33,300 nt of DNA from Candidatus Woesearchaeota archaeon (GTDB lineage: Archaea > Nanobdellota > Nanobdellia > SCGC-AAA011-G17 > GW2011-AR18): NCBI GenBank assembly GCA_964467335.1, contig CAYXPX010000004.1, forward strand, positions 1-33,300, read 5' to 3'. A program made the position numbers and the translations under genes. The notes beneath the pieces were generated by a model. That model saw only the letters and a program-made list of their open reading frames with translations, was not told the origin of the DNA and did no database searches. Positions 31,739-33,300 of the stretch are shown piece by piece (position 1 is the stretch's first letter; each line of letters starts with the position of its first letter).

Positions 31739-32683
31739 ATGGTACAGGCAGAATACATAAAAAAGTGTCCAGAATGCGGAGGTTCTAATTTACTTATTCA
31801 GAAAGACAAGGGAGAGGCTGTATGCAGAGAATGCGGTCTGGTTATTGAGGAGAAGATGATTGACTTCGGCCAGGAATGGAGGGAATTCTCTGATGAACAA
31901 TCTTCAAAAAGAAGAAGAACTGGTTCTCCTACAACATATACAAAACACGACAAGGGACTTGGAACAGATATTGGACAGAAGGGTGATATTTATCAGCTTA
32001 CTGCAAAGGGCAAAAATAAATTTTTAAGACTAAGAAAATGGCAGCACAGGATAAGCACTGCACTTGAGAGAAACCTTAAGCTTGCACTTGCTGAATTAAA
32101 AAGAGTAAGCTCTTATTTAAAACTTCCAAAATCTGTTGAGGAAGAGGCTGCAAGAATTTACACTTTGGCTGTCCAGAGAGGGCTTGTGAGAGGAAGATCT
32201 ATGGAGAGTGTTGTTGCTGGATCTCTTTATGCATCATGCAGGAGACACGAGGTTCCAAGAACACTTGATGAACTCAGCGAGGCTTCTGGAATTGACAAGA
32301 AAGAGGTTGGAAGAACATACAGATTTATAACAAGAGAACTTGGAATACGAATACTGCCAAGCAATCCGGTGGATTACCTTCCAAGATTTGTTTCTGCCCT
32401 GAAATTAACTGCAGAAACGCAGAGCAAGGCTGTTGAAATTTTAAACAAAGCAAAGGAAGCTGAACTTACATCTGGAAGAGGGCCTACAGGAATTGCTGCT
32501 GCATCTTTATATGTTGCTGCACTGATAAACAACGAGAAAAGAACACAGAGAGAGGTTGCTGATGTTGCAGGCGTTACAGAGGTTACAATAAGGAACAGAT
32601 ACAAGGAATTGCTGAAAGAGCTTGACCTCAAGGATAAAATAAAGAAAAAAATACTTAAGGCTATTGGAGATGAAGAGAAGTAA
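31739..32683 (+). CDS. tfb: transcription initiation factor IIB (TFB)
   Basis: N-terminal zinc ribbon 'CPECGGSNLLIQKDKGEAVCRECGLV', B-reader/linker, and two cyclin-fold repeats ('ALAELKRVSSYLKLP...', 'VDYLPRFVSALKL...'). 314 aa. Confidence 0.95.
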   Translation: MVQAEYIKKCPECGGSNLLIQKDKGEAVCRECGLVIEEKMIDFGQEWREFSDEQSSKRRRTGSPTTYTKHDKGLGTDIGQKGDIYQLTAKGKNKFLRLRKWQHRISTALERNLKLALAELKRVSSYLKLPKSVEEEAARIYTLAVQRGLVRGRSMESVVAGSLYASCRRHEVPRTLDELSEASGIDKKEVGRTYRFITRELGIRILPSNPVDYLPRFVSALKLTAETQSKAVEILNKAKEAELTSGRGPTGIAAASLYVAALINNEKRTQREVADVAGVTEVTIRNRYKELLKELDLKDKIKKKILKAIGDEEK

Positions 32684-32847
32684 ATCTTAAGATACAAAGG
32701 ACTTAAATCAACTTTTTATTGTTAAGATACTGGTGTTTTATGTTCTAAAAATTTATCGATAAATTAAGTAACTGCTTGATTATTTTTACCACTAAAAGAT
32801 TACTATTAAAACGATAGTTTTAAAAAAGTTACCTCTCTTTGTTTAAA

Positions 32848-33300
32848 ATGTTATTAGAAGAATTGGTTTCAATTGGATTTGGAATAGAAGAAGCTCAAAA
32901 GTTAGCTGAAAGTAATGACTTTCATCATAAAAAGAGAACTAAACAGGAATTAATAGAATTATTTAATAAAATTTCTATGGTTTATGATTGCACTTTTGAA
33001 GAAGTTAAGAGAGTAATACTAACTCATCCTCCATTTGCAGGATATGACCATAAAAGAGTTGTAAGAGAAGGAGTAGAAGTTTATGGAGCTGATAATGAAG
33101 AGAAAGTTAAGAGAGCAATACTAACTCATCCTCCATTTGCAGGATATGACCATAAAAGAGTTGTAAGGAAAGGAATAGAAGTTTATGGAGCTGATAATGA
33201 AGATAAAGTTAAGAAAGCAATATTAACTCATCCTCAATTTGCAGGATTAGACCATGAAAGAGTTGTAAGAGAGGGAATAGAAGTTTATGGAGCTGATAAT
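32848..33300 (+). CDS. hypothetical tandem-repeat protein, 3'-truncated by the window edge (34-aa repeats)
   Basis: ATG at 32848 with an open frame to the end of the window (not in the ORF track because there is no stop). Translation 'MLLEELVSIGFGIEEAQKLAESNDF...' followed by repeats 'E(E/D)KVK(R/K)AILTHP(P/Q)FAG(Y/L)DH(K/E)RVVR(E/K)G(V/I)EVYGADN'. Confidence 0.6.
   Translation, partial: MLLEELVSIGFGIEEAQKLAESNDFHHKKRTKQELIELFNKISMVYDCTFEEVKRVILTHPPFAGYDHKRVVREGVEVYGADNEEKVKRAILTHPPFAGYDHKRVVRKGIEVYGADNEDKVKKAILTHPQFAGLDHERVVREGIEVYGADN
32995..33300 (+). repeat. three tandem 102-bp coding repeats (at least 3 copies; the array continues past the window end)
   Basis: Units end at 33096, 33198 and 33300 ('...gtttatggagctgataat'). 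Copies 1 and 2 are nearly identical at DNA level, and copy 3 carries a handful of substitutions. Confidence 0.85.

Noticed and set aside
1-33300. Looked for CRISPR arrays, rRNA genes, SRP (7S) RNA near srp54/ftsY, C/D-box sRNAs within the tRNA introns, and IS elements.
   Set aside because: I saw no regularly spaced direct repeats, no rRNA-like conserved blocks, no convincing SRP RNA helix-8 motif, and no correctly ordered C/D boxes. 'CTGA' and 'TGATCA' strings in the Thr intron are in the wrong arrangement. Absence by eye is not proof, and an Infernal scan would be decisive.

Overview
This is a 33.3 kb window of an AT-rich archaeal chromosome (G+C looks like roughly one third by eye; I did not compute it). 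The archaeal call rests on TFB, ribosomal proteins eS1/S3Ae, eS8, eL37 and uS15, the LSm-L37e gene pair, GINS, Bud32, archaeal-type ApgM, SRP54/FtsY, TATA-like boxes about 27 nt upstream of start codons, and intron-containing tRNA genes. Small genes, tight packing, multi-intron tRNAs and large secreted proteins suggest a DPANN-like episymbiont, but that is inference only. About two thirds of the window is housekeeping: TrmB, GINS, ApgM, TruD, FtsY, VIT1, SRP54, Bud32, ribosomal proteins, LSm and TFB.

Three things stand out:
1. An 11.1 kb, four-gene, translationally coupled operon at 16280-27383. It encodes a protein with a type IV pilin-like (class III) signal peptide, a 2,242-aa secreted giant protein ending in a lytic transglycosylase (SLT) module plus an M15/LAS peptidase module, a secreted Amidase_2 (MurNAc-L-Ala amidase) protein, and a polytopic membrane protein. 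With a Tat-signal LysM-like/M23 peptidase (6854-7897) and a second, leaderless M23-like gene (28136-28600), the window encodes enzymes for every bond class of bacterial peptidoglycan, in an organism not expected to make murein. I read this as a candidate archaeal apparatus for attacking bacterial cell walls.
2. All four tRNA genes are interrupted, with about 9 hand-predicted introns in total. They include a tRNA-Thr(UGU)-like gene with up to four introns. Thr and Leu share an arrangement in which a 7-nt micro-exon (positions 31-37) is flanked by introns at 30/31 and 37/38.
3. Unusual secreted or repeat proteins: a 594-aa protein with seven copies of a four-Cys module, and an edge-truncated gene with near-identical 102-bp (34-aa) tandem repeats. 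There is also a small accessory patch containing an orphan Doc toxin.

I saw no rRNA, CRISPR array, transposase or integrase. All domain calls come from motifs read by eye and need HMM or structure confirmation.
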